From assembly GCF_001194135.2 (NCBI RefSeq), contig NC_068994.1, positions 43,692,866 through 43,756,774 of the forward strand: a stretch of 63,909 nt of DNA, written 5' to 3'. Every line of letters begins with the position of its first letter. Position 1 is the first letter of the stretch. A program made the translations under genes and the position numbers. The notes beneath the pieces were generated by a model that was not told where the DNA came from, did not search any database, and saw only the letters and a list, made by a program, of their open reading frames with translations. Positions 12,480-24,478 of this stretch are shown piece by piece. Source of the stretch: Octopus bimaculoides (lineage: Eukaryota).

Positions 12480-14870
12480 TTGGACTGATGCAGGCATTTT
12501 CCCAGGTGATGTTAATGACGTCCATTCAACAGGTAGCTCCTGCTCTGGACAGAAATCCCTTCTGGATCTCATTGATGGTGTACTATGATGCACCCCTTCT
12601 TCGGGGTTCTGTGTTATAGCAAAAGGATTGTTACTCTGAGATATCATTAAACATTTCTCTCGTCCTGGTTGCATGGCTGGATTCATTGCTGCTGTATGTA
12701 ACATATTTCTCCTTCTGTTACATCTCACTATACATATCGTTATTATAACAACTATAGCAATTGATATCACTACAGCTGTAACAACTATGACAATGACCAA
12801 GTTGATATCTATCATGTCACTAGATTGGATGTGAGCAGCTGTCAGCATTGGGGATGTTCTGTTGCTGACAGTTAGTGTTAAGGACAGTGTAGTGGTTGCT
12901 GACAGCACTGGGCTGCCACTGTCTTTCACAACTAACAGAAGGTTGTATGATCCAGCATCATTTTGGTAAACTTTTCGAGAAAATGATAACATTCCGGAGT
13001 AAGTATTGACAGTAAATAACTGTTTCTCATTCCCAGAAATAATATTATACTTAAGGAAAGCATTTTCTCGACTGTCTCTATCTAAAGCTCTCAGGACTGT
13101 AATGTCATTCTTGCTTTGTGGGTGATAATGAACATCTAGACTAAAAGGGTTAACACTAGGAAATGTGAAGTATGGTGCATTGTCATTTTCATCCATGACC
13201 TCAACAATAACATTTGCTGTGTTACTAAGAGATGGTGATCCATTGTCTTTGACAATTACTTTAAATGAATAAGTTTTGTGTTGTTCACGATCCAGGGATT
13301 TGATTGTGGAAATAAACCCATAATTTGTAATCTTGAAAGGTAATATCTGGTTTTTACCATTTTCCAAAGAATAAGCTAACTTACTACCATCCCCTAGATC
13401 AGGATCAGTCGCATTAATAAAACCAACAGGAAAATTTGATTTTTCATTTTCATAAGTAAGAAATTTAAAAGTGCTTTTTATAAACTGTGGTCTTACGTCA
13501 TTAACATCCATAACTTGAATAGAAAATTCTCTTTTAGTTTGTAATGGTGGACTGCCTGCATCTTCACATGTGATTGACATGTCATAATGATCAGTCACTT
13601 CCCTGTTTACAGGTTTTTTCATAATTATTTTATATTCCTTTGAACCTAAATTCAAAAGCTGGAATTTATCATGGTTAAGACTGCAGCTAACTTCTCCATT
13701 CTTGCCAACATCATTATCTATGACACTGACATAAGCAATAAAACTACCAACTTCAATCTTTTCAGAAATAGCAGCCAAGTTTTCCTGCAGCTGTGAAACG
13801 AAATTGATATCTAATTCAGGAGGTGTATTCTGTTGGTTAATCACATTTATTAAAACCATTGCAATTGAACTTAATGGAGGATTGCCACCATCAGTTGCAT
13901 CAACAAACAGTTTATATGATTGTTTTTTACCCAAGTTTCTAATTTCTTGGGCATATATTTCCCCATTTTTTGTTAACTTGAATTTTTCTTTGGCAATTTC
14001 TGGCGTTTTGGAATTAAATTGATATGAAACATTACCATTATTGCCAGAATCTAAATCAGTTGCTGACAATACTAGTATAGGTATATTTTGAGGATGTGTG
14101 TTTTTTATAGAAATATTGTTCATACTATGAGAGAAAACAGGCCTATTGTCATTAATATCTGTTACAGATATCTGGACTTCTAAAATACCTATCTTTATTG
14201 GTGATCCTTCATCTTTTGCAATTACCTGGAGTTTATATACATCTTTCACTTCTCTGTCTAAACTTTTTTCTAATACAATTCCAAGTTTTGATGTGCCAAA
14301 TTCTTTTTCTGCTACGAAAAGTGTAAATGGTTCACCAGCACTTTTTCTTAATCGGTATGTGATCTTTGAGTTCAGAAGGCCAACGTCTTTATCAATAGCA
14401 TTTGGAATTGATTTCATTGTTCCTTTCCTATCTGTTTCAGAAAAATCTATTTTCACCAATTTTTTCGGAAAAGTTGGTTCGTTATCATTAACGTCTTTTA
14501 TGAAAACACGTACTTTTAGTACTTTGATAAAAGTTTCTGCTTGTCGAACAGCAATTTTGATAGTTTTGAAACACTCTGTATTGTACATACAAAGGTGCTC
14601 AGCATCAATGAGCTGAGTTGTGTAAAGTTTTCCACTTCGAGTGACATTAAACAATGCTGTACTACTAGTTTGTCTTTGAGGCAGTTCTTCAAATGTAATT
14701 TGACTGTGGTCTTTAAGGAGCAAAATATGTATTTCCTGTGCATCAGTGGCAATGTCGCCTAAGTATGTCCCTGGTAGTTTGCCTTCCTCCACATAGTAAG
14801 TTAAGTCCACACTAGAACAACTGTGAAGGAAGGTGGAAACTACAAAAATATGGACAAACATATCCTCCAT
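12480..14870 (-). CDS. Pcdh: Protocadherin, large coding exon: signal peptide, EC1-EC6, transmembrane helix, proximal cytoplasmic tail
   Basis: 811-aa ORF with cadherin motifs (DAEHLC, DVNDNEP, AIDKD/LDRE/DINDNRP, ATDLD, DVNDVRP, LDREQ/DENDNAP, ALDRD), a hydrophobic N-terminus, and a TM segment INLVIVIVVTAVVISIAIVVIITICIV followed by RCNRRRN. Six EC repeats in one exon with no prodomain is the protocadherin architecture. A phase-0 donor CAA|GTAAGT follows 12480, so the ORF's last 14 aa (to 12435) are probably intronic. Confidence 0.96.
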
Positions 14871-14898
14871 TAATTCTAAATCAAAATATTAAATGATT

Positions 14899-14930
14899 CT
14901 GAAAAGAAAGAAAGAAAGAAAGAAAAATTA
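14899..14930 (-). promoter_or_regulatory. Splice acceptor immediately upstream of the protocadherin ATG
   Basis: Minus strand reads ...TTTTTCTTTCTTTCTTTCTTTCTTTTCAG|AATCATTTAATATTTTGATTTAGAATTA-ATG: a long polypyrimidine tract plus CAG, 28 nt before the start codon. Confidence 0.75.
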
Positions 14931-15078
14931 TAATCAGTCATCTGGAATTGTTTTAGTAATGATTAATCTTTAACCATTCTACTAATAAATAAATAATGGA
15001 CCGTAGCAAAAGCATTATAGCATTATTATCAGATTAATTTATTCCAACTACACTTTCCCACATATGCATATATATATA

Positions 15079-15971
15079 NNNNNNNNNNNNNNNNNNNNNN
15101 NNNNNNNNNNNNNNNNNNNNNNNNNNNNNNNNNNNNNNNNNNNNNNNNNNNNNNNNNNNNNNNNNNNNNNNNNNNNNNNNNNNNNNNNNNNNNNNNNNNN
15201 NNNNNNNNNNNNNNNNNNNNNNNNNNNNNNNNNNNNNNNNNNNNNNNNNNNNNNNNNNNNNNNNNNNNNNNNNNNNNNNNNNNNNNNNNNNNNNNNNNNN
15301 NNNNNNNNNNNNNNNNNNNNNNNNNNNNNNNNNNNNNNNNNNNNNNNNNNNNNNNNNNNNNNNNNNNNNNNNNNNNNNNNNNNNNNNNNNNNNNNNNNNN
15401 NNNNNNNNNNNNNNNNNNNNNNNNNNNNNNNNNNNNNNNNNNNNNNNNNNNNNNNNNNNNNNNNNNNNNNNNNNNNNNNNNNNNNNNNNNNNNNNNNNNN
15501 NNNNNNNNNNNNNNNNNNNNNNNNNNNNNNNNNNNNNNNNNNNNNNNNNNNNNNNNNNNNNNNNNNNNNNNNNNNNNNNNNNNNNNNNNNNNNNNNNNNN
15601 NNNNNNNNNNNNNNNNNNNNNNNNNNNNNNNNNNNNNNNNNNNNNNNNNNNNNNNNNNNNNNNNNNNNNNNNNNNNNNNNNNNNNNNNNNNNNNNNNNNN
15701 NNNNNNNNNNNNNNNNNNNNNNNNNNNNNNNNNNNNNNNNNNNNNNNNNNNNNNNNNNNNNNNNNNNNNNNNNNNNNNNNNNNNNNNNNNNNNNNNNNNN
15801 NNNNNNNNNNNNNNNNNNNNNNNNNNNNNNNNNNNNNNNNNNNNNNNNNNNNNNNNNNNNNNNNNNNNNNNNNNNNNNNNNNNNNNNNNNNNNNNNNNNN
15901 NNNNNNNNNNNNNNNNNNNNNNNNNNNNNNNNNNNNNNNNNNNNNNNNNNNNNNNNNNNNNNNNNNNNNNN
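15079..15971. other. Assembly gap (one of ten: also 20561-21365, 22103-22319, 47361-48253, 48449-48458, 50194-50347, 52634-52758, 56128-56599, 57961-58841, 62825-63289)
   Basis: N runs, mostly flanked by (TA)n microsatellites. Confidence 0.99.
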
Positions 15972-16007
<36 letters not shown>

Positions 16008-16089
16008 GACTCGCCCGTCATTACACAAGTATGAGAGTTCGACAATTTCTTACCAAACAACCACACAGATAATTTGTTTATAGTGATCC

Positions 16090-16301
16090 AATGTTTATGT
16101 AGAAATAAGCTCACTCCCTCCATCAAATCGAGACTACCTGTATAGGTGCAACTGGGTGCTACATGTCAGATGTTGAAATCGTCACAGATCAATATGAAAT
16201 GAAGTGCTTTGCTCAAAAACACAAGGCAATGCCTGGTCTGGAAATCGAACCCAAAATCTCGCAATCATGAATGCAACATTGTAACCACTAAGACATGCAC
16301 C

Positions 16302-16306
<5 letters not shown>
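16090..16306 (-). mobile_element. CORE-like tRNA-derived SINE
   Basis: Minus strand has a tRNA-like head (GTCTTAGTGGTTA...GGGTTCGATTTCC) followed by GTGTTTTTGAGCAAAGCACTTCATTTCA. Confidence 0.7.
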
Positions 16307-16363
<57 letters not shown>

Positions 16364-16559
16364 CACACATATATGCACACATATGTACATATATGTATAG
16401 GTAATCTCACATTTAGATGAGTTACTAACACTTTTAAATGGACTGCTTGAAAATTGCAAGTTTTTCCTCATTGTAGCAAAGTTAATATGCAGATAAAGTA
16501 TATCTATCCACCAAATGCTGTGTTGAGCATTGGTTCTCAATGTTTGCCACTATTGTATG

Positions 16560-16625
<66 letters not shown>

Positions 16626-17225
16626 TACACATATCACACACACACATATGAGGGTCCAGTAAAATAAAGTGGTAATCATGTTCTTCGGGCACAAATGTAT
16701 CTCTTGAGGCCTTCTGATGCCTTGCAAACCTCTTGGCAAATGGAACAAATTGAAGACTCAGTTTGTTTGAGTGCTTGTGGATCATATATATAAATATGAT
16801 TGCTCCTCCAGAAAATTTGATGATGACCTAGCAGCTGCAGCTAATAAGTAAATAAATAAAGATAAAAAGAAAAAAAGAAAGAAAGAAAAAGATGCCTAAA
16901 ATTATGTCCATTGGTGATCAATGAAGACCAAGATTTCAACTGCATAGCGCTTTGACAGGGAATGGCATCCACATAAGGGAACTGAGCATCTCAACTGCAC
17001 CTGTCTGAATAGACATCCCATGTGTATGAAGCTATGAGAATAGTGATATTATATTGCTGCAGATGTGTAACGTTCTGATTGTTGCAATGTAAGGTTCACT
17101 ATCTGTAGCTCCAAGAACTGTTTGTGATTGTGTGTGTATGTTGTATGTATGTATGAGCATGTATATGTATGTGAGAGAGAGAGACAGGGAGTGAGAAGCA
17201 GAAACAGAAATATAGAGAGAAAAAA

Positions 17226-17278
<53 letters not shown>

Positions 17279-17300
17279 TACATATGTGTGTATATATATA

Positions 17301-17696
17301 TTACTCTTTACTCTTTTACTTGTTTCAGTCATTTGACTGGAGCACCGCCTTTAGTTGAGCAAATCGACCTTAGGAATTATTCTTTGGAAGCCTAGTACTT
17401 ATTCTATCAGTCTCTTTTGCCGAACCGCCAAGTTGCAGGGACGTAAACACACCAGCATCGGTTGTCAAGCGATGTTGGGGGGACAAATACAGACACAAAC
17501 ATATACACACACATACAAATATATATATGTACATATATACGATGGGCTTCTTTCAGTTTCCGTCTACCAAATCCACTCACAAAGCTTTGGTCAGCCCGAG
17601 ACTATAGTAGAAGACACTTGCCCAAGGTGCCACACAGTGGGAATGAACCCGGGACCATGTGGTTGGTAAGCAAGCTACTTACCACACAGCCACTCC

Positions 17697-17697
<1 letters not shown>
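17301..17697 (-). mobile_element. Abundant SINE family, well-preserved full-length copy
   Basis: Near-identical by eye to 61323-61739; tRNA-like head, internal (TA/CA)n and tail GAAACAAGTAAAAGAGTAAAGAG. Confidence 0.92.
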
Positions 17698-17729
<32 letters not shown>

Positions 17730-18224
17730 ACTCTGGTTGAACAGATCTTTGATCAAAGGCATTCAAAGCATGACCATCCATCTTTAAAGAGATATCTAAG
17801 ACTACATCATTTACTTTGTCCAATATATCCTCTTGTTATACTGTTGTTTACAGTTTGAGGGGGATTTGTTTGCTATTTCTAGAGGCTCTCACCAAACCTT
17901 AGTTTATTGGTTCTTGTTGTTGTTTAACTCTAAGCCAACCCTGACTGAGTAGATCCACATTCAAGTGTGTTCCATTCCACTAATGAACAACCTGACTGTT
18001 ATTTCTAGGTGCTGATGTAGGATTTCCCTTGTTCATTCACCTAAGCAGTTATTAGTCATGTGTGGAAGAAAAGAATAAAAATATGCTTAGAAATTAGACC
18101 CTTAAAATTATTTTCAAATTTTGGAACAATGCCAGAAATTTCAGGGCAGGGAGTAAGTCGATTACATCAAGCCCAGTACTCAACAGGTACTTGTTTCATC
18201 CACCACCTTAAAATAAACATTTAA

Positions 18225-18444
18225 TGTTGGTTTCAGAATTTAGCGCAAGGCCGGCTATTTCAGGGGTGGGAGTAAGTTGTTTACATCGACCCCAGTGTCC
18301 AACTGGTAGTTATTTTATCGACTCTGAAATGATGAAAGGCAAAGTCAACCTCAGAGACATTTGCACTTAGAACATAAAGACAGATGAAATGCCACTAAGC
18401 ATTTTGCCTGGTGAGCAAACAATTCTGCCAGCTCGCCACCTTAA
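18225..18444 (-). mobile_element. tRNA-derived SINE (Meta/MESC-like), with a second fragment at about 18115-18210
   Basis: Reverse complement of the 845-1077 family (TAAGGTGGCGAGCTGGCAGAAT...). Confidence 0.8.
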
Positions 18445-18599
18445 AGTAGACACTTAATATCAATAAAAAGAAAATATTGGTTGAAATCTCACTGCTGAAA
18501 TCTATCGAACACAAGACATAATCAAAGAAAGAAATAAAGAAAATATAATCAACAAAAGTGTTAGACATGAGTTGAAAATATTACATTAAGAACACTGCT

Positions 18600-19060
18600 G
18601 CATTAAAGTAAAGACAAATTTATTCTTCAAGCATAATTCACATATTAAAATCTCCAGTCATTATTAACCTGTGGCAAAAGTTAATCCAATGGAAAATCCA
18701 CCCCGGTGTAGCAGCTGGTGGTGCAATATTTGCTGATGACTTATTAATATTGACTGTTCGGTCAATGGGAATGAAGCGGTGAGAAATGTTGTGATAAAAG
18801 TGGTAAAGACAATCAATGAAAGTAAAGTTGTAACATGTACAATAGTTAGAACTGCAGAGAAACAGGCTTAGACATACAAAAGTTTGAATGATTGGAGAGT
18901 AAATACAGATTTATCATACAGTTGAAGAATGAGAGCAGGGTTCAGGGAATTGAATGACAAACATAGATTTATTGTACAGTAGTAGATTAGAAAGTCAATA
19001 TTCATAGAGAGAATAATGGTAAATAGGTAAATCTAGAATGTTAGAATGGAGAAGGTATGT
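18600..19060 (-). mobile_element. LINE AP-endonuclease relic
   Basis: Minus frame reads ...NIAPPAATPGWIFHWINFCHRLIMTGDFNM, containing the GDFN motif of APE-type endonucleases. Confidence 0.4.
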
Positions 19061-19240
19061 GGCTAAGAAGTTTGTTCATTTTGTAACCCCATGTGCTTCT
19101 AGGATACTGGGTTCAAGTACTGTACAGGGTACCTTAGGCAAATGTCTTCTGTTATAGTGTCGAGGTGACCAGTTGTCTTGTGATTAAAATTTGGTGGATT
19201 GAAACTAGAATTTGATCATAAATACGTTTGCAAAGAAAGA

Positions 19241-19808
19241 TGCAGGTGTGGCTGTGTGGTAAGAAGTTTGCTTCTCAGCCACATGGCTCTGGGTTCAGTC
19301 CCATTGTATGGCACTTTGGGAAAATGTCTTGCTGACCTATACCTTTTGAATGGATCTGGTAGATGTTAAATGAAGGAAGCACATCATATATATATATATG
19401 TATATATTTATATATATATGTACGTATATACATTTTTATATATATATATGTATATATTTATATATATATGTACGTATATACATTTTTATTTATATATATG
19501 TGTGTGTGCTGTGTGTGTATCTACGTATGCTTGTTTGTTGTATATATAGCTATGTACATGTATCTTCGTGTCAATGTTTGTCTTCCACCACTGTTTGAAA
19601 ACTGCTGTCAGTTTATTTATGTCCCCATAACTTAGCAGTTTGGCAAAAGTGCCTAATAGAATAAGTACCAGGCTTACAAAAATATAAGTAATGGAGTCAA
19701 TTCGTTTGACTAGAACCTTTTAAAGTAGTGTCCTTGCATGGCCACACTTGATTGAAACAAGTAAAAGATAAGACATGTACATACAAATGAGTGCTTGTGT
19801 GTGCGTGT

Positions 19809-19842
<34 letters not shown>

Positions 19843-20058
19843 CTCTTCATCTTGACATCATGTGTTTGTTGTAAACGAGTGTCATTGCCAAACAAGCAGT
19901 GTCATTCATTTCCAGCATTCTGTGAGAACATGTCTGACCATGGGGAAATACTACTTCGCTTGAAAACAGGTGAAGGTTGGTGACTGGAAGGGCTTCCAGC
20001 TGTAGAAAGCCCACAGCAAACTCTGTTCATCTGACCCATGCTAAATGGTGATGATGAT
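19241..20058 (+). mobile_element. Abundant SINE full copy (19241-19773) plus an RTE-tailed SINE 3' part (19845-20058)
   Basis: Head GCAGGTGTGGCTGTGTGGTAAGAAG and tail GAAACAAGTAAAAG. The second part ends GAAGGGCTTCCAGCTGTAGAAA...CCCATGCT..(GAT)n. Confidence 0.8.
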
Positions 20059-20487
20059 GGGCGTGTGTGTGTCTGTGTGTGTATTTGTGTTGGTGTGGTT
20101 GGGTGTGGGTGTGTATTGACATTTATTCTTTTATGTCAAAAGATAACCAAGTCATTCAATAATTAAAGATTGATAAGGACTTACTAAGGTCAATAATCTG
20201 AACTGCAAAAGCCCCTTGAAGTTCATGCCCCATCATGACCACAGTCCAATAAAGGAGTGAAAGGATATATTCTTTAATATTTTATTATTTTATTGATCTC
20301 TATCTATAACATGGCTTAGTCATTATTTAGAGTTATAAGTAAGTCATAAAGGAACATAACACGATCTACTAATTCACACTTGGAAACGAACATGGGGAGT
20401 GGCACACATAATATATATATGTATATATATATATGTATATATGTATGTATGTATATATATATATATATGTGTATATATATATATATC

Positions 20488-20522
<35 letters not shown>

Positions 20523-22382
20523 GTGGAGAATGGAAAATAATTATATATGTATATAAATATNNNNNNNNNNNNNNNNNNNNNNNNNNNNNNNNNNNNNNNN
20601 NNNNNNNNNNNNNNNNNNNNNNNNNNNNNNNNNNNNNNNNNNNNNNNNNNNNNNNNNNNNNNNNNNNNNNNNNNNNNNNNNNNNNNNNNNNNNNNNNNNN
20701 NNNNNNNNNNNNNNNNNNNNNNNNNNNNNNNNNNNNNNNNNNNNNNNNNNNNNNNNNNNNNNNNNNNNNNNNNNNNNNNNNNNNNNNNNNNNNNNNNNNN
20801 NNNNNNNNNNNNNNNNNNNNNNNNNNNNNNNNNNNNNNNNNNNNNNNNNNNNNNNNNNNNNNNNNNNNNNNNNNNNNNNNNNNNNNNNNNNNNNNNNNNN
20901 NNNNNNNNNNNNNNNNNNNNNNNNNNNNNNNNNNNNNNNNNNNNNNNNNNNNNNNNNNNNNNNNNNNNNNNNNNNNNNNNNNNNNNNNNNNNNNNNNNNN
21001 NNNNNNNNNNNNNNNNNNNNNNNNNNNNNNNNNNNNNNNNNNNNNNNNNNNNNNNNNNNNNNNNNNNNNNNNNNNNNNNNNNNNNNNNNNNNNNNNNNNN
21101 NNNNNNNNNNNNNNNNNNNNNNNNNNNNNNNNNNNNNNNNNNNNNNNNNNNNNNNNNNNNNNNNNNNNNNNNNNNNNNNNNNNNNNNNNNNNNNNNNNNN
21201 NNNNNNNNNNNNNNNNNNNNNNNNNNNNNNNNNNNNNNNNNNNNNNNNNNNNNNNNNNNNNNNNNNNNNNNNNNNNNNNNNNNNNNNNNNNNNNNNNNNN
21301 NNNNNNNNNNNNNNNNNNNNNNNNNNNNNNNNNNNNNNNNNNNNNNNNNNNNNNNNNNNNNNNNNATATATACATATGTAGACATTAGTTTCTTAATGTA
21401 AGGTTGTTGGTGTCATAAATGCAGGCATCTTTTAGAAGTAGATTAGAAAGCACAAATAGGCATTTAGTGTAAGCATATAAAGAGAATTCTAAATATGGTT
21501 ACTTGGAGTATCAAGTTGTTGGCAGCAACCTTGAGCATTAGTGCTACATATAGTTCAACTTCAGCAGACTGAATTTTTTTGCTGATATGAAAATGGAGGC
21601 ACAATAACTGATACCATTTAAGCTAGATCTATTTCTATTTAGGTTTAAAAGAAAGTTACTTATTGATTGACAGTCAGGTTTGATTCTGATTCTGTGTATT
21701 CTTATATCATAGATTCTTTGATTAAACAGAGGTTGTTTATAGAATTATTTAACTGCACATTAATTTTGTGAAAAGTGATAGAATGATAAAAAGGCTCATA
21801 AAAGAAGAGTAATTGCTAGCTCATGTAATTTAGTGATTCAAATGATTTTGATGAGTTAAAATTAACTTTCCAATGAAGAGATGGAAATAACATAAACTCA
21901 ATGGCTAACGGTAATGAAACGTAATTAAGGTAAAGGAAGGTAACTCTGAAATTTAATTAATTCAAATATGAATTAAGCCTGTAGTAACAGTAATTGATAT
22001 GAAAACATTAGTTAGCTCTTCTGTTCCAAGCAAGGAAACACAGACACACATATCCACACACACAACACACACACACACACACACACACATACATACATAT
22101 ATNNNNNNNNNNNNNNNNNNNNNNNNNNNNNNNNNNNNNNNNNNNNNNNNNNNNNNNNNNNNNNNNNNNNNNNNNNNNNNNNNNNNNNNNNNNNNNNNNN
22201 NNNNNNNNNNNNNNNNNNNNNNNNNNNNNNNNNNNNNNNNNNNNNNNNNNNNNNNNNNNNNNNNNNNNNNNNNNNNNNNNNNNNNNNNNNNNNNNNNNNN
22301 NNNNNNNNNNNNNNNNNNNATATATATATATATATATATATACATGTATATATATATAACCCATGATGCGTTGGGCGATATG

Positions 22383-22920
22383 ATATGCTTGAGAAGACCT
22401 GTTGAGTCAAGTAAAACCAAAACCAAAATGATAGCTGTGGCCAGTGCCCCCTGACTGGCTCCCATTCCAGTGGCCCATAAAATGCATCATCTGAACATGG
22501 TTGATGCCAGTGTCCCCTGATTGGCTCCCGTGCTGGTGGCACATAAAAAGCACCAATCGAATGCAGCCGATACCAATACCCCTTGAGTGGCTCCAGTGCC
22601 GGTGGCACATAAAAAGCACCATCCAAACGTGGCCAATGCCAGTACCCACTGACTGGCTCCCATGCCAATAGCACATAAAAAGCACTATCCGAACGTGATT
22701 GATGCCAGGCCCGCCTGACTGGCTCCTGTGCCGGTGGCACATAAAAAGCACTCACTACACTCTCGGAGTGGTTGGTGTTAGGAAGGGCAACCAGCTGTAG
22801 AAACATTGCTAGATCAGATTGGAGCCTGGTGCAGCTGCTGGATCTTCAGTCCTCAGTCACTGTCCAATCCATGCCAACATAGAAAAACGGACGTTAATCG
22901 ATGATGATGATGATGATGAT
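22383..22920 (+). mobile_element. RTE-tailed retroposon 3' region carrying an internal 66-bp tandem array
   Basis: Five 66-bp units, then GGAAGGGCAACCAGCTGTAGAAAC...CCATGCCAACATAGAAAAACGGACGTTAAT(GAT)n. Confidence 0.75.
22435..22755. repeat. 66-bp minisatellite, about 5 units
   Basis: The GCACATAAAAAGCAC core recurs at 22475, 22541, 22607, 22673 and 22739 (period exactly 66). Confidence 0.9.
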
Positions 22921-22964
22921 ATATATTTGTATGTATGGATGGATGGATGTATATATGCATTTTT

Positions 22965-23570
22965 TGTCTTTTACTTGTACCAGTCATTTGACAGCAGCCA
23001 TGCTGGAGCACTGTCCCAAAGCGTTTTAGTCAAACAAATAAACTCCAGTACTAATTTTGTAAGCTTACAACCTAATCTATTGGTCTCCTTTAGTGAACTG
23101 CTAGGTTACGGAGTTTTAAACAGCACACCAACATCAGTTGCCAAGTAGTGGTGGGGACAAACACAGACACAAAAGCACACAAACACACACGTGTGCGCAT
23201 GTGCACACACACACACACACATACATACACACACGCACACACATATGATGAGTTTCTTTCAGTTTCCGTCTACCAAATTCACTCACAAAGCTTTGGTTGG
23301 CCTCAGGCTATAATAGAAGACACTTGCCCAAGGTGCCCCATAGTGGGACTGAACCCAGAAGCATGTGGTAGGAAAGCAAACACAGCCATGCCTGCACCTA
23401 TGAGTGATGACCTTCTTACAGGTTCCGTTTACCAAGTTCACTCACAAGGTTTTGATCAGTTGATCAGCCTGGAGCTGTAGTAGAAGACACTTGCCCAAGG
23501 TGTCCTGCAATGTGGAACGAACTCAAAACCATGTGGTAGAAGAGCAAACTTCTTAACCACACAACCATGG
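22965..23570 (-). mobile_element. Abundant SINE: one full copy (22965-23400) and a second 5' half (23410-23570)
   Basis: Two GAAGACACTTGCCCAAGGTG cores in tandem. Confidence 0.8.
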
Positions 23571-24202
23571 ACAGACAACTAAATAAAATAAACGAATAAA
23601 TAAATAGACAAATAAATAAATAAACCTAAAAAGATAATACAATGTTATGCAACCTAAATATAGCAAAATAATTAAAATGTAGAATTAGAAGTTTTCTAAC
23701 AACCACTAGGAAATCTGAAAAGATTAAAAAAAAAAAATTTGTCAGCTACTGCTAAAACTTAAAATACACACTTTTAAGCTGAATGCAAAAAGTATAATAC
23801 AAAAGCTGTATCTGCTGAGTGCTGTACTACACATAATGAAATTGGCTGCCTCTTAAGCCTATCCATTCCACTAGCTGCCAAACAATATCATTACAATATA
23901 AATACCAGCATAATAACATTGACAAAAGCCACATGTTCGTCATTTTGGAGAACAAAAAAATATATTCCTAAAATTACTATGCTTCTAAATGATGCTTTAT
24001 AAAACAGAACGGAATAAATAAACATTGCTTGTGATATTACACATTACCTTGACTGACTGAACGCATTACTGACTAAAACAATGCTGTTAACAAGCAGATA
24101 GTCAAACTTGCTCATTTTACCTAAGTTATACACACACAAAGACATAGGTGCTGGCATGGCTGTATGGTAAGAGGTTTGCTTCCCAACTTCATAATTGCCC
24201 AC

Positions 24203-24422
24203 GGGCATATGGCATAGTGATTAAGAGCACTGGCTACTAGCCCCAAGATTCCGAGTTCGATTCCAGAATAATAATAATAACAAAAAATACCTTAGGAATG
24301 AGAACCCAGGTTCGAAATTTCCCCAAGACACCTGATGAAAGCTGGAGGGCATATCAACCGAAATGTGTTAACAACAAACAAAATGAGGACAAATATTTGT
24401 CAAATGTAATTAATGTAAATAA

Positions 24423-24425
<3 letters not shown>
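24203..24425 (+). mobile_element. tRNA-derived SINE with a hammerhead-like/Penelope-like tail, inserted after the head of another SINE (24143-24190)
   Basis: A-box TGGCATAGTGATTA, B-box GAGTTCGATTCC (24253), tail GACAC-CTGATGA-..-GAAA-T-GTGTT and terminal (AATGTA)-like repeats. Confidence 0.75.

Positions 24426-24478
<53 letters not shown>

Noticed and set aside
13804-14762. Overlapping ORFs within the Pcdh exon (72, 156, 78 and 73 aa)
   Set aside because: Antisense or alternate-frame shadows of the protocadherin coding sequence.
22435-22755. CRISPR-like appearance of the 66-bp array
   Set aside because: Eukaryotic DNA; the units are homologous along their whole length (no unique spacers) and no cas genes are present.
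22012-22806. 264-aa ORF with a 22-aa repeat as a gene
   Set aside because: Explained by the 66-bp array; it runs into microsatellite and a gap, within a retroposon.
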